Below, piece after piece: positions 1 through 8,183 of a stretch of 41,354 nt of DNA; position 1 is the stretch's first letter; each line of letters begins with the position of its first letter. The notes beneath the pieces were generated by a model that saw nothing but the letters and a program-made list of their open reading frames with translations, made no database searches and was not told the origin of the DNA. Source of the DNA: Candidatus Krumholzibacteriia bacterium. Lineage in GTDB: Bacteria > Krumholzibacteriota > Krumholzibacteriia > WVZY01. The stretch is taken from positions 1 to 41,354 of the forward strand of contig JAZGDW010000075.1 in NCBI GenBank assembly GCA_036478295.1, written 5' to 3'. Both the position numbers and the translations under genes were made by a program.

Positions 1-110
1 GCCATCCCGCGCTTGGTCACGACGTTGACCGAACCGAACGCGGCGGCCTTGAGGGCGAAAAGCAACCCGGCCACCCCACTGCCTATGACCAGGAAGTCGG
101 AGTTCTTCAT
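1..110 (-). CDS. nadB: L-aspartate oxidase, N-terminal fragment (runs off the window)
   Basis: Manual translation from ATG at 110 gives MKNSDFLVIGSGVAGLLFALKAAAFGSVNVVTKRGM, an FAD-binding GxGxAG motif followed by VVTK as in NadB N-termini. Not in the ORF track. Another FAD flavoprotein is not excluded. Confidence 0.72.
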   Translation of the reverse strand, partial: MKNSDFLVIGSGVAGLLFALKAAAFGSVNVVTKRGM

Positions 111-181
111 CGGCGTGTTTCGGAGAAAGAGCGCATCGGGATCAAATGTCTGTCGAGCAGTCGTCAGAAGGAACGAATTCT

Positions 182-210
182 ACTATAATCAAGCGGTTTT
201 GTGATTGCAA
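182..210 (-). promoter_or_regulatory. sigma70-type promoter for nadB
   Basis: Minus strand reads TTGCAA (210-205), 17 nt, TATAGT (187-182), about 70 nt upstream of the ATG. Confidence 0.6.
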
Positions 211-395
211 CACCTAATGGGACCGACGATTGCAGTACCTTCTGCGTGCACGAGACCGGATCGGACCGCGCGTGGTCGTTCAGTGCCGAGATATCCGTGA
301 ACTTTGCCGACCCGGTGGTGAAGACGAAGAACCAGCCACTGATGGCTTGCCAACCTCCGGCCATGTAAGACCGAGAACGACGGACGGGCATCCCG

Positions 396-1577
396 CTACG
401 GGGAAGCCGCAGGCAGCGCCTGCGGCTTTCTCGTCAGATCCTGCAGGATCGAATCTTCCAACGCGAGCTCCAGCCGCCCGACCAGGACGCGCGCGAACGA
501 AAGGTCGAATTCACGTAGTTTCACCCAGTCTTTTTCCGTGGTCACCAGGTTGCGGATATGCCGCCCTGCCAGCGCCCGCCTGACCGTCGCGATGTCTGCC
601 ACCCGATACCGGTAATGGTCCGGAAACCGTATCGCCAGTTCGAGTCCACCCGCATTACCGTCCAACTCCCGCTCGAATCTTTGGGGACGGGCGATCGAAG
701 ACAGTGCGGCCAGGCCGCCTTCGACCCGCCGGGCGGCTCCACCCTCGATCGCGTCATCGAGAGCAAGTTTTCGAACTATTCCGAAAACGGGCAGGGTCCT
801 ACCACACGCGCGCTCCACCAGCTCCGCATACCGTCGGGGAGGCAACGTCGCCTCGCACCCATTGATGCCGATCCAGCTCGCGCGAGCCAGCGCGCTTGGA
901 TCCTCCCTAAGCGTGCCTGCCGGCAACACGCGACCGTTGCCGAGCGGGTGCTCGGCATCCAACAGAACGATGTCCCTGTCCCGCGGCACGCCCCACGACT
1001 GAAATGCGTCGTCGAGGATGATATGGCTGGGCCGAAACATCTTGCGGGCGAGCTCGATCGCGCGCAGCTTGTCACGCGAAAAAACCAGCGGAGTCGCCGG
1101 GCAGCGCATCGCCACCACCGCCCCTTCGTCACCGATTTCATCGGCGCCTGCCCGGTTCTCCCGTGGAATCAAGCGCAGGCCGTCCGCGGGCGTGGGGCAA
1201 CGCCCACTCGCCCATGAGGCGAGCACGGTGACCGCACCTAGTGTCTCCGCGGTACTCCCGAAACCACGGCTGATGTAGACGGGTCGCTCGTCGTTCTGCT
1301 CCAGGTACTGCAGCAGATGGATCGCCAGCGGCGTCTTGCCGTTCCCACCGATTTCCAGGTTGCCCACCGACAAAACGGTCGTGTCGCTCCAGGGCTGGGG
1401 ACGACCGGTGATGCGACGGCGACGGATTCGCCCCGAGACCGCGCGGTACAGCAGTGCCGCCGGCTTGCCCAGGACCGCGAACGGCTCGCGAAGTGCAACC
1501 GTCCTGGCCGCACGGCCGCACGGTTCGAGCACCTCGTATCCAAAAGAATCAGCCGTGTGAGTTTGCAACGAATTCAT
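396..1577 (-). CDS. lpxK: tetraacyldisaccharide 4'-kinase
   Basis: SVGNLEIGGNGKTP P-loop, ISRGFG, GDEG, ILDDAFQ, LPAGTLRE, FPDHY and TTEKDWVK motifs; lipid A cluster context. True start may be downstream. Confidence 0.95.
   Translation of the reverse strand: MNSLQTHTADSFGYEVLEPCGRAARTVALREPFAVLGKPAALLYRAVSGRIRRRRITGRPQPWSDTTVLSVGNLEIGGNGKTPLAIHLLQYLEQNDERPVYISRGFGSTAETLGAVTVLASWASGRCPTPADGLRLIPRENRAGADEIGDEGAVVAMRCPATPLVFSRDKLRAIELARKMFRPSHIILDDAFQSWGVPRDRDIVLLDAEHPLGNGRVLPAGTLREDPSALARASWIGINGCEATLPPRRYAELVERACGRTLPVFGIVRKLALDDAIEGGAARRVEGGLAALSSIARPQRFERELDGNAGGLELAIRFPDHYRYRVADIATVRRALAGRHIRNLVTTEKDWVKLREFDLSFARVLVGRLELALEDSILQDLTRKPQALPAASP
404..432. terminator. 11-bp inverted repeat, possible intrinsic terminator overlapping the lpxK 3' end
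   Basis: AAGCCGCAGGC-AGC-GCCTGCGGCTT (404-428). A short T-rich tail is present on the + strand only. Confidence 0.5.
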
Positions 1578-2202
1578 CGTTCATCCGGGTGAGGTCGACG
1601 AGCTCCCGCTCGGCCTCCCTGCGTTTCTGCTCCAGCATCTCTTCGCCGGCGTCGGGCGGGACCACGATCGGACTGCCGAAGCGGACGCTCACCCGCGCGA
1701 ACGGTTTGGGGATCTGAAACGCGTCCCAAGAGGACAGAACCCATGGGTTACGGGTGGCCGCCGTCACCGGAACCACTGGCGCGCCGCTGAGCTTCGCGAT
1801 CTCGATCGGACCCGGCTTGAAAATGTATCGCGGGCCAACCGGACCGTCCACAGTGAGACCGAGATGGTAACCGGCGAGCAACCTGGTAACGAGCTCGCGG
1901 ATCGCCCTCGCGCCACCCCGAGTGCTCGAGCCGCGCACGTGCCCGTAACCCAGGCGCCGCACGATCTGGCCCATGAGCTCGCCGTCCCGGTGTTCGCTGG
2001 CCAGGAGCTGGAAAGACTGCTCGCGAAAGGAATAGCTCAACGGGAGCATGCGGCCGTGCCAGAAGGCGTAGACATGGAATGGAGCGTAGCGGCAGGCCTC
2101 TTCCCGGTACTGCTCACCGTGAACCTCCACGCGCCACGTACCCCCCCACGCGCGGATCAGGCCGGCACCGAGGGAACCGGCCGCACGCATTCGTCGCTTC
2201 AC
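1549..2202 (-). CDS. DUF374 / lysophospholipid acyltransferase family protein (LpxJ-like)
   Basis: FWHGR, SEHRDGE, RGSSTRGG, VDGPVGP and SWDAFQIPKPF motifs. The GTG at 2202 overlaps the lpxB stop and is preferred over 2247. Confidence 0.85.
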   Translation of the reverse strand: MKRRMRAAGSLGAGLIRAWGGTWRVEVHGEQYREEACRYAPFHVYAFWHGRMLPLSYSFREQSFQLLASEHRDGELMGQIVRRLGYGHVRGSSTRGGARAIRELVTRLLAGYHLGLTVDGPVGPRYIFKPGPIEIAKLSGAPVVPVTAATRNPWVLSSWDAFQIPKPFARVSVRFGSPIVVPPDAGEEMLEQKRREAERELVDLTRMNDEFVANSHG

Positions 2203-3314
2203 ACGGATTCCAGAAGGCGTTCGGAAATCTCGGCCACGCGACGGCATCCCCCACCTCCGGAGAGCTTGGCCCGAAGATCACCGAAACGGGCGAGCATTGC
2301 GTTTCTTTGCACGGGGTCTTCGAGCAGGTTCAGCGCTTTGTCGGCGATCGTTTTCGGTCTCGCTTCGATCTGGATGAACTCGGGGCAGATTTCCTCGCCA
2401 AGGATGATGTTCACCAGGCCGATGTGATCGATTTTGACGACGGTGCGTGCGAAGAGATAATTGAAGAGAGACATGCGGTAGACGATGATCAGCGGTGTCT
2501 CGAACAGCGCAGCCTGGAGCGTCGCCGTTCCCGATGCTACCAGCAACAGTTTCGAGGCCGCCATCACCGCCTGTGAGTTTTCTTCGAGAATCACGTCCAA
2601 CGTGTAGCGTGACAGGATCTTTCGATAGATCGCTCTTGGCACAGTTGGGCTCAATCCGATCGCGAATGTTTCCTCCGGCCTCACCTTGTGGATCCTCTGG
2701 GCGGTGTCGAGCAGCACCGGCAGGATGCGGCTGACTTCTTGCGAGCGGCTTCCCGGCAGGAGACCGATGCCCGAGCGCCCCCGCTGATCCCGCGGCAGCG
2801 GGAGTTCGTGATCCTCCACGAACGGGTGGCCGACAAACTCCGTGGGGATCCCCTCTTCGCGGTAGATTTCCTCCTCGAAGGGCAGGATGACCGCCATAAA
2901 ATCGACCAGCCGCGTCATCTTCTCGACCCGGCCTCGGCCCCACGCCCACACCTGCGGGCTGATATAATAGAGAACCGGGATCGCCAGCTCCTTGGCACGA
3001 GCGGCAAGCCTCAGATTTAAACCGGGATAGTCCACGGGGATGAAAAGATCCACGCCCGAAAGCGCGCGTTTCAGTTTTCGCTCGAGACTCGCCAACCGGG
3101 GCAGGTTGGTCAGTACGCCCGACAACCCCACGATCGAAGAATAGTCATCGATGTTACAGACGAGTTTTGCCCCCGCCCGGCGCACCTTTTCGCCGCCGAA
3201 GGCGACAATGGTCGCCCCGGGGATCTTCTGGAGCAGCTCACCGACCAGGTTTGCCGCGTGCAGGTCCCCGCTCGCCTCGCCACAGCTGACTAGTATGGTC
3301 GGGTTTTCTTTCAT
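2199..3314 (-). CDS. lpxB: lipid-A-disaccharide synthase
   Basis: GEASGDLH, VDYPGLN, SPQVWAW, ILPFE, FVGHP, LLPGSR and SGTATL motifs. Confidence 0.97.
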   Translation of the reverse strand: MKENPTILVSCGEASGDLHAANLVGELLQKIPGATIVAFGGEKVRRAGAKLVCNIDDYSSIVGLSGVLTNLPRLASLERKLKRALSGVDLFIPVDYPGLNLRLAARAKELAIPVLYYISPQVWAWGRGRVEKMTRLVDFMAVILPFEEEIYREEGIPTEFVGHPFVEDHELPLPRDQRGRSGIGLLPGSRSQEVSRILPVLLDTAQRIHKVRPEETFAIGLSPTVPRAIYRKILSRYTLDVILEENSQAVMAASKLLLVASGTATLQAALFETPLIIVYRMSLFNYLFARTVVKIDHIGLVNIILGEEICPEFIQIEARPKTIADKALNLLEDPVQRNAMLARFGDLRAKLSGGGGCRRVAEISERLLESV

Positions 3315-3336
3315 CGGTGCCGCGCCTGCGGAACGG

Positions 3337-4329
3337 CTAGCGAATGGGTTTTTTGGATACGATACGCTGGATCTCGGTGGCGATCTCGAGCGCCCGCAAC
3401 CCGTCCTCGCCGGTTACCGGCGGCTTTTTTCCGTTCATGACCGTCTGGCAGAAAGACTGCAGTTCATCAAAGAGAGGTTCCTCGCCTTCGATCTTGGACT
3501 CCTCGATCTTCAGGAAGTCCTCGAGCGAAAGGCTGGCGACATCGGCGGCATTCCGTTTGATTCGGGCGACTCCCGCATCGAAGGATTTCCCCTTTTCGAA
3601 ATGCCTGACGGTCCCTTTGAGCAGATCTATGGAAATATAGCTGCGCGCGGAGAAGACACGGACCTTCCGCATCGGCTCCACCGACACCCGGCTAGCCGTC
3701 AGGTTGGCCACGCAACCGTCACGGTACTCCAGGCGCGCGTTCACGATATCTGGTCCATCCGTCAGGATACCGGCGCCTGTGGCCCGAATGTCAACGGGCG
3801 CCTCTCCAAGGAACATTCCGAGCAGATCCAGGTCGTGGATCATCAGGTCCATTACAACGGATACGTCGATGCCGCGGACTGTGAACGGGGCGAGGCGGTG
3901 AATCTCGATGAACGACGGTGCCTGTATGCGCGGGTAGGCTTTTCGCAGGGCCGCGTTGAAACGCTCGATATGCCCGATTTGAAGGACCCGCTCGTGCCTG
4001 CGGGCGGCGTCGATGATCTGCCCCGCCTCCGACATCGAAGCGGCGATGGGTTTTTCCACAAAAAGGTGGGTGCCTCGCTCCAGCGCCCTCAGGGAAACGT
4101 CCTTGTGTTTCACCGTCGGCACCACAACGCTGACCGCGTCGACCTGCTCCAGCATTTTGTCCACGTCGGTGAAAACCGTCGCACCGAACTTGTTTGCGGC
4201 ATCCCGCGACCGCTCCTCGACAATGTCGTAGCAAGCGACATCGTCCACTTCGGGCAGGCTCTTGAGTACACGGACGTGCTGCGTCCCCAGCCGGCCCGTG
4301 CCGATGACACCAACTCTGATTCCCACCAC
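3337..4329 (-). CDS. Gfo/Idh/MocA NAD-dependent oxidoreductase, probable UDP-GlcNAc 3-dehydrogenase (GnnA-like)
   Basis: GTGRLG Rossmann motif, VEKPIA, GHIERFN and DLMIHDLD; lies between lpxA and lpxB; GGAGGAGG RBS. Family is secure, GnnA function is inferred from context. Confidence 0.85.
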   Translation of the reverse strand: MVGIRVGVIGTGRLGTQHVRVLKSLPEVDDVACYDIVEERSRDAANKFGATVFTDVDKMLEQVDAVSVVVPTVKHKDVSLRALERGTHLFVEKPIAASMSEAGQIIDAARRHERVLQIGHIERFNAALRKAYPRIQAPSFIEIHRLAPFTVRGIDVSVVMDLMIHDLDLLGMFLGEAPVDIRATGAGILTDGPDIVNARLEYRDGCVANLTASRVSVEPMRKVRVFSARSYISIDLLKGTVRHFEKGKSFDAGVARIKRNAADVASLSLEDFLKIEESKIEGEEPLFDELQSFCQTVMNGKKPPVTGEDGLRALEIATEIQRIVSKKPIR

Positions 4330-4396
4330 TACCTCCTCCGGTATCGGCGCTTACTTGTTTTCCGTATGTTAGCTGAGTGTTCCTACGGCAGACGGC

Positions 4397-5206
4397 TTAC
4401 GCAACGATTCCGCGCTGGCTGGACTCCAGGAAATCCACGAGTACACGCCTCTCCGGATCCTCGAACGTCCCGTTCTTGAGGTGGGACAACGCCTGCGTCA
4501 CGTTGAGCTTTTTCCGGTAGAGTACCGAGTACATGCGCTTGACCGTGGCGCGTTTCTCCGGAGAAAAACCCCGGCGCTCGAGTCCGATGGTATTGACACC
4601 AAAGGCCCGCACGGGATTACCCGCCGCCCTGACGTAGGGTGGAACGTCCTGCGTCACCCGGCCACCGCCACCGACGATTGCATGCTGCCCAATCCGGGAG
4701 AACTGGTGGACTACGGTGCCCCCACCGACTATGGCGTAGTCGTCGAGGGCCACGTGACCCGCCAGGTGTACGGAATTCGCCATGACCACGCGATCGCCCA
4801 GAATACAATTGTGCGCAACGTGAGCGTACGCCATGACGAAACAGTGTGAGCCGATAATCGTTTTGCCGCCCTGGTCCGTGGCCCGGTTCACCGTAGAAAA
4901 CTCCCTGAATATGTTGTGGTCACCAATCTCCAAGTAACTCACGCGTCCTTCACATTTCAAGTCCTGTGCGGGCGTACCGATGGTCGCACTGTGAAAAAAC
5001 TCGTTGTTCTTGCCGATCGTGGTTCTGCCCTCGATGAGGACGCGCGGTCCCAGCACGCAGCCGTCGCCCAGTTCGACGTGCTCGCCAACGATACTGTACG
5101 GACCAATCTTCACGCCCACCCCGATCTTCGCCCATGGATGAACGATGGCGGTCGAATGTATCTCCGTCTTCAGGTCTATTCTGGACAGTTTCGTCGGGTC
5201 TTGCAT
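4397..5206 (-). CDS. lpxA: acyl-ACP--UDP-GlcNAc acyltransferase
   Basis: Hexapeptide repeats, AQDLK, MAYAHVAHNC, HQFSRIG, QDVPPY and GLERRGF. ATG at 5206 follows a GAGGGGAG RBS. Confidence 0.97.
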   Translation of the reverse strand: MQDPTKLSRIDLKTEIHSTAIVHPWAKIGVGVKIGPYSIVGEHVELGDGCVLGPRVLIEGRTTIGKNNEFFHSATIGTPAQDLKCEGRVSYLEIGDHNIFREFSTVNRATDQGGKTIIGSHCFVMAYAHVAHNCILGDRVVMANSVHLAGHVALDDYAIVGGGTVVHQFSRIGQHAIVGGGGRVTQDVPPYVRAAGNPVRAFGVNTIGLERRGFSPEKRATVKRMYSVLYRKKLNVTQALSHLKNGTFEDPERRVLVDFLESSQRGIVA

Positions 5207-5245
5207 GATCGCTCCCCTCATCCCTCGCCGGTCGTGTGGCAGGTA

Positions 5246-6559
5246 TCACCTCGGTACGATATTCGCCAACATTTCTGCTTCGGCCACCAGTTCATCACCC
5301 ACGTAGGCCTTTCCCCGCATCTTACACACACGCATCCTGATCGCCACGAGCTCGATCTCCAACCGCAGCTGGTCTCCGGGCAACACGGGCTTCCTGAACC
5401 GGGCTTTATCCAATCCCGTGAAGTAGACTAGGTAATTCTTGGGGTTGTCAACAGTATTCAGCACTAACAGCCCCCCGACCTGGGCCATCGATTCAAGAAT
5501 AAGCACTGCGGGCATGATGGGGTGCCCGGGGAAATGCCCGGCGAAAAAAGGCTCGTTGATCGTCACGTTCTTGATTCCCACAATTCGTTTATTTGCTTCT
5601 ACTTCGATGATCCGGTCTACCAGGAGAAACGGGTACCGGTGGGGTATGATTTCACGGATGAGATTGGTATCCCACTGGCCCCCGTCGAGAGCGGGCAACC
5701 AGCGGCGGCGCTCCTCCTTGAGATCCCACAACTTCTTAACAAATCGTAAGTTAGAAGAGTGGCCCGACTTGACAGCGTGAATATGCCCGCGGATCGACGC
5801 CCCGAGGAGCGAGAGGTCCCCGATGAGGTCGAGTACCTTGTGGCGCACGCACTCGTCGGGGAAACGAAGCGGTTGCTCGTTCACCATCCCTTCATCGTTG
5901 AAGACGATCGCGTTGTCCAGGCTACCGCCCTTGATCAGTCCGGCCTGGCGCAGTTCCTCGATGTCCTTACCCAGGACAAAGGTGCGGGCCGGGGATATTT
6001 CCTTTTCGAACACTTCGGGGGTGACCTCGAAGCTCGCGTATTGCGTACCGATAAACTTGTTCTGGAACTGAATTGTAAAGCTGACCCGAAAGGTGTCCGA
6101 AGGCGTGGCATAAATCTCGATACCGTCCTCTTGATGCGTAATCAGGTGGTCGACTTCGAAGAGGTTGACGGGGGCATCCTGGCTCACGAATCCCGCCCTC
6201 TTGAACGCCTGAACATAGGACTCGTAGCTCCCCGATTTCGGCACTGGCGGCTCGTTAGCAGAGATTTCGATCAGGAGGTTGTCGACGTGAAGTCCGTAGC
6301 AGGCGGCAAGCAGATGCTCGACGGTGTAAATCGCCGCGTCCCCATTGCGGATTGTCGTGTTGCGCGGTGTGAGTTTGTCGAGTGCGACGCTGGTTATGAC
6401 GGCCGGGATTTCCACCCGCTTGCCGTCGCGCTCGTGAACAAAGCGGATGCCGGAGTTCACGGGAGCGGGTTTGAGGGTCAGTGCAACGTGTTCGCCCGTG
6501 TGCAGGCCCAGACCCTCGATCGAAAACTCTCTTTCGATCGTCCTCTGCTGCCGGGTCAC
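5246..6559 (-). CDS. lpxC-fabZ: bifunctional LpxC deacetylase / FabZ dehydratase fusion
   Basis: LpxC part: GLGLHTG, TVEHLLAA, ARTF, RHKVLDLIGD, SGH. FabZ part: PHRYPFLLVD, GHFPGHPIMP, FRKPVLPGD. One continuous ORF. Confidence 0.97.
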   Translation of the reverse strand: MTRQQRTIEREFSIEGLGLHTGEHVALTLKPAPVNSGIRFVHERDGKRVEIPAVITSVALDKLTPRNTTIRNGDAAIYTVEHLLAACYGLHVDNLLIEISANEPPVPKSGSYESYVQAFKRAGFVSQDAPVNLFEVDHLITHQEDGIEIYATPSDTFRVSFTIQFQNKFIGTQYASFEVTPEVFEKEISPARTFVLGKDIEELRQAGLIKGGSLDNAIVFNDEGMVNEQPLRFPDECVRHKVLDLIGDLSLLGASIRGHIHAVKSGHSSNLRFVKKLWDLKEERRRWLPALDGGQWDTNLIREIIPHRYPFLLVDRIIEVEANKRIVGIKNVTINEPFFAGHFPGHPIMPAVLILESMAQVGGLLVLNTVDNPKNYLVYFTGLDKARFRKPVLPGDQLRLEIELVAIRMRVCKMRGKAYVGDELVAEAEMLANIVPR

Positions 6560-7599
6560 GACTCTTTCCCCTTTTCCAGTCGCGCGACTTTTCTGGAGAG
6601 CTCTTGGATTTTCTTGTGCAACTCGGGCAGACGCGTCGTAAATCCGTAGAGCTTTCGCGCCTGCGCGTGATCCCGCGCCGGATAGCCCGATATCGTCGTG
6701 CCTGCCGGTATCGACTTGGTCACGCCTGCCCCGCCGGCAATGATCACACCATCCCCCATCTTGATATGTCCGGCAAGGCCCGCCTGCCCGGCGATCACGA
6801 CACCGTCTCCCAACTCGGTGCTGCCCGATATGCCAACCTGGGCCGCAATAATACAGTTCTTACCGATTGTCACATTGTGCGCGATCTGCACCAGGTTGTC
6901 GATCTTGGTGCCCCGTCCAACCCGCGTGACCCCGGTGGTCGCACGGTCAATCGTGGTGTTCGCTCCAATTTCGACATCGTCCTCGATCACGACTTTGCCG
7001 ATGTGCGGGATTTTTCTGTGCGCCTGCCCGTCCCTGGCGAACCCGAAGCCGTCGGAACCGATGACGGCACCGGGATGAATAATTACCCGCTCTCCGACCT
7101 CGCACTCTTCACGGATCGTCACGCTGGGATAAACGAGGCAGCCTTCACCAATCACCGTGTTCGCACCGATGTAACTGCCGCGCAGCACGGTGCAATTCCG
7201 GCCAATCGTCACCCCCGCCTCTATGTGGCAGTATGGGCCGATGCAGAGATTCTCACCCAATTCGGCCTCCGCGGCGACGATCGCGGTCGGGTGCAGGCCT
7301 CGGGGATACCTCTTATCCACGCTGTCCGCGAACATCGAGACAACCTTGAGAAAGGCCAGATAAGGATTCTCCAACTGGATGGAGGGCACGCTGCACTCGA
7401 TATCGTACGTTCCGATAACAGCTGATGCCCGTGTCGTATTCAGGAACTCACGGTATTTCGTGCTGGCGAGGAACGTAATCTGGCCGGCGGCGGCTTCCTT
7501 GATGCCGGCGACCCCGGTGATACGCGTGCTACCGTCACCGTTGACGCTGCCACCGACGATTTCCGCCAGTTCCATGAGGCTGTAAGAAGGTGAACTCAA
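6556..7599 (-). CDS. lpxD: UDP-3-O-acyl-glucosamine N-acyltransferase
   Basis: IGSDGFGF, EIGANTTIDRA, KIDNLVQIAHNV and hexapeptide repeats. Confidence 0.97.
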   Translation of the reverse strand: MSSPSYSLMELAEIVGGSVNGDGSTRITGVAGIKEAAAGQITFLASTKYREFLNTTRASAVIGTYDIECSVPSIQLENPYLAFLKVVSMFADSVDKRYPRGLHPTAIVAAEAELGENLCIGPYCHIEAGVTIGRNCTVLRGSYIGANTVIGEGCLVYPSVTIREECEVGERVIIHPGAVIGSDGFGFARDGQAHRKIPHIGKVVIEDDVEIGANTTIDRATTGVTRVGRGTKIDNLVQIAHNVTIGKNCIIAAQVGISGSTELGDGVVIAGQAGLAGHIKMGDGVIIAGGAGVTKSIPAGTTISGYPARDHAQARKLYGFTTRLPELHKKIQELSRKVARLEKGKES

Positions 7600-7606
7600 A
7601 ACACAC

Positions 7607-8146
7607 CTACCGTCCCAGCTTGTTCAACTCTTCGAGCACGGTGTCGGTCAAGTCGAAATTCTTGTCGGCATACACGATATTGGCACTCACGATGTCGAAC
7701 ACCAGCGTGTAGCCTTGCTTCTCCGACATGGTCTCGAGAATGCGGTTAATCTTGTCCATAATTGGTTGCGTGAGTTCCCGGTTGCGCTGTGCCGCAGTGC
7801 CGTTTTCGCTGAATATATCCTTCATGAAACGCTGGTAGTCCGCAACCTTCTTGTCCAAATCCAGTTTCTTCTCCCGCTGCTTCTCCTCCGAAAGCATGAG
7901 GGCCTGTGCGCGTAACTCGTCCTGGAGCTTTACAATCTCCCTCTCCATCGTCTGGGCCTGGGCCTTCCACGCGTCGAGCTCCTGGGTATAAATGCGCTCG
8001 ATATCCTGCATGCCCCTGTACTCGGTCAGGATACGCTGCGAGTCGATGTATCCGACCTTGAGCTCGACCTGCGCGAGCGTAGCGGCCACACTTGCCAAAA
8101 CGATACACCCAGCCAGTAAGCCAAGTCCAAGTGTATTCTTCATCAT
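7607..8146 (-). CDS. skp: OmpH/Skp periplasmic chaperone
   Basis: Signal peptide, KVGYIDSQRIL, long coiled coil, GYTLVFD and DLTDTVL; lies between bamA and lpxD; AAGGAG 8 nt before ATG 8146. Confidence 0.93.
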   Translation of the reverse strand: MMKNTLGLGLLAGCIVLASVAATLAQVELKVGYIDSQRILTEYRGMQDIERIYTQELDAWKAQAQTMEREIVKLQDELRAQALMLSEEKQREKKLDLDKKVADYQRFMKDIFSENGTAAQRNRELTQPIMDKINRILETMSEKQGYTLVFDIVSANIVYADKNFDLTDTVLEELNKLGR

Positions 8147-8183
8147 GACAACCACTCCTTTTTCGATGACGTGCGAATCGGTT

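Noticed and set aside
164..391. 75-aa minus ORF after lpxK as a Trm112/YcaR-type gene
   Set aside because: No Trm112 CP motif or IPxxL pattern, and it runs through the predicted nadB promoter.
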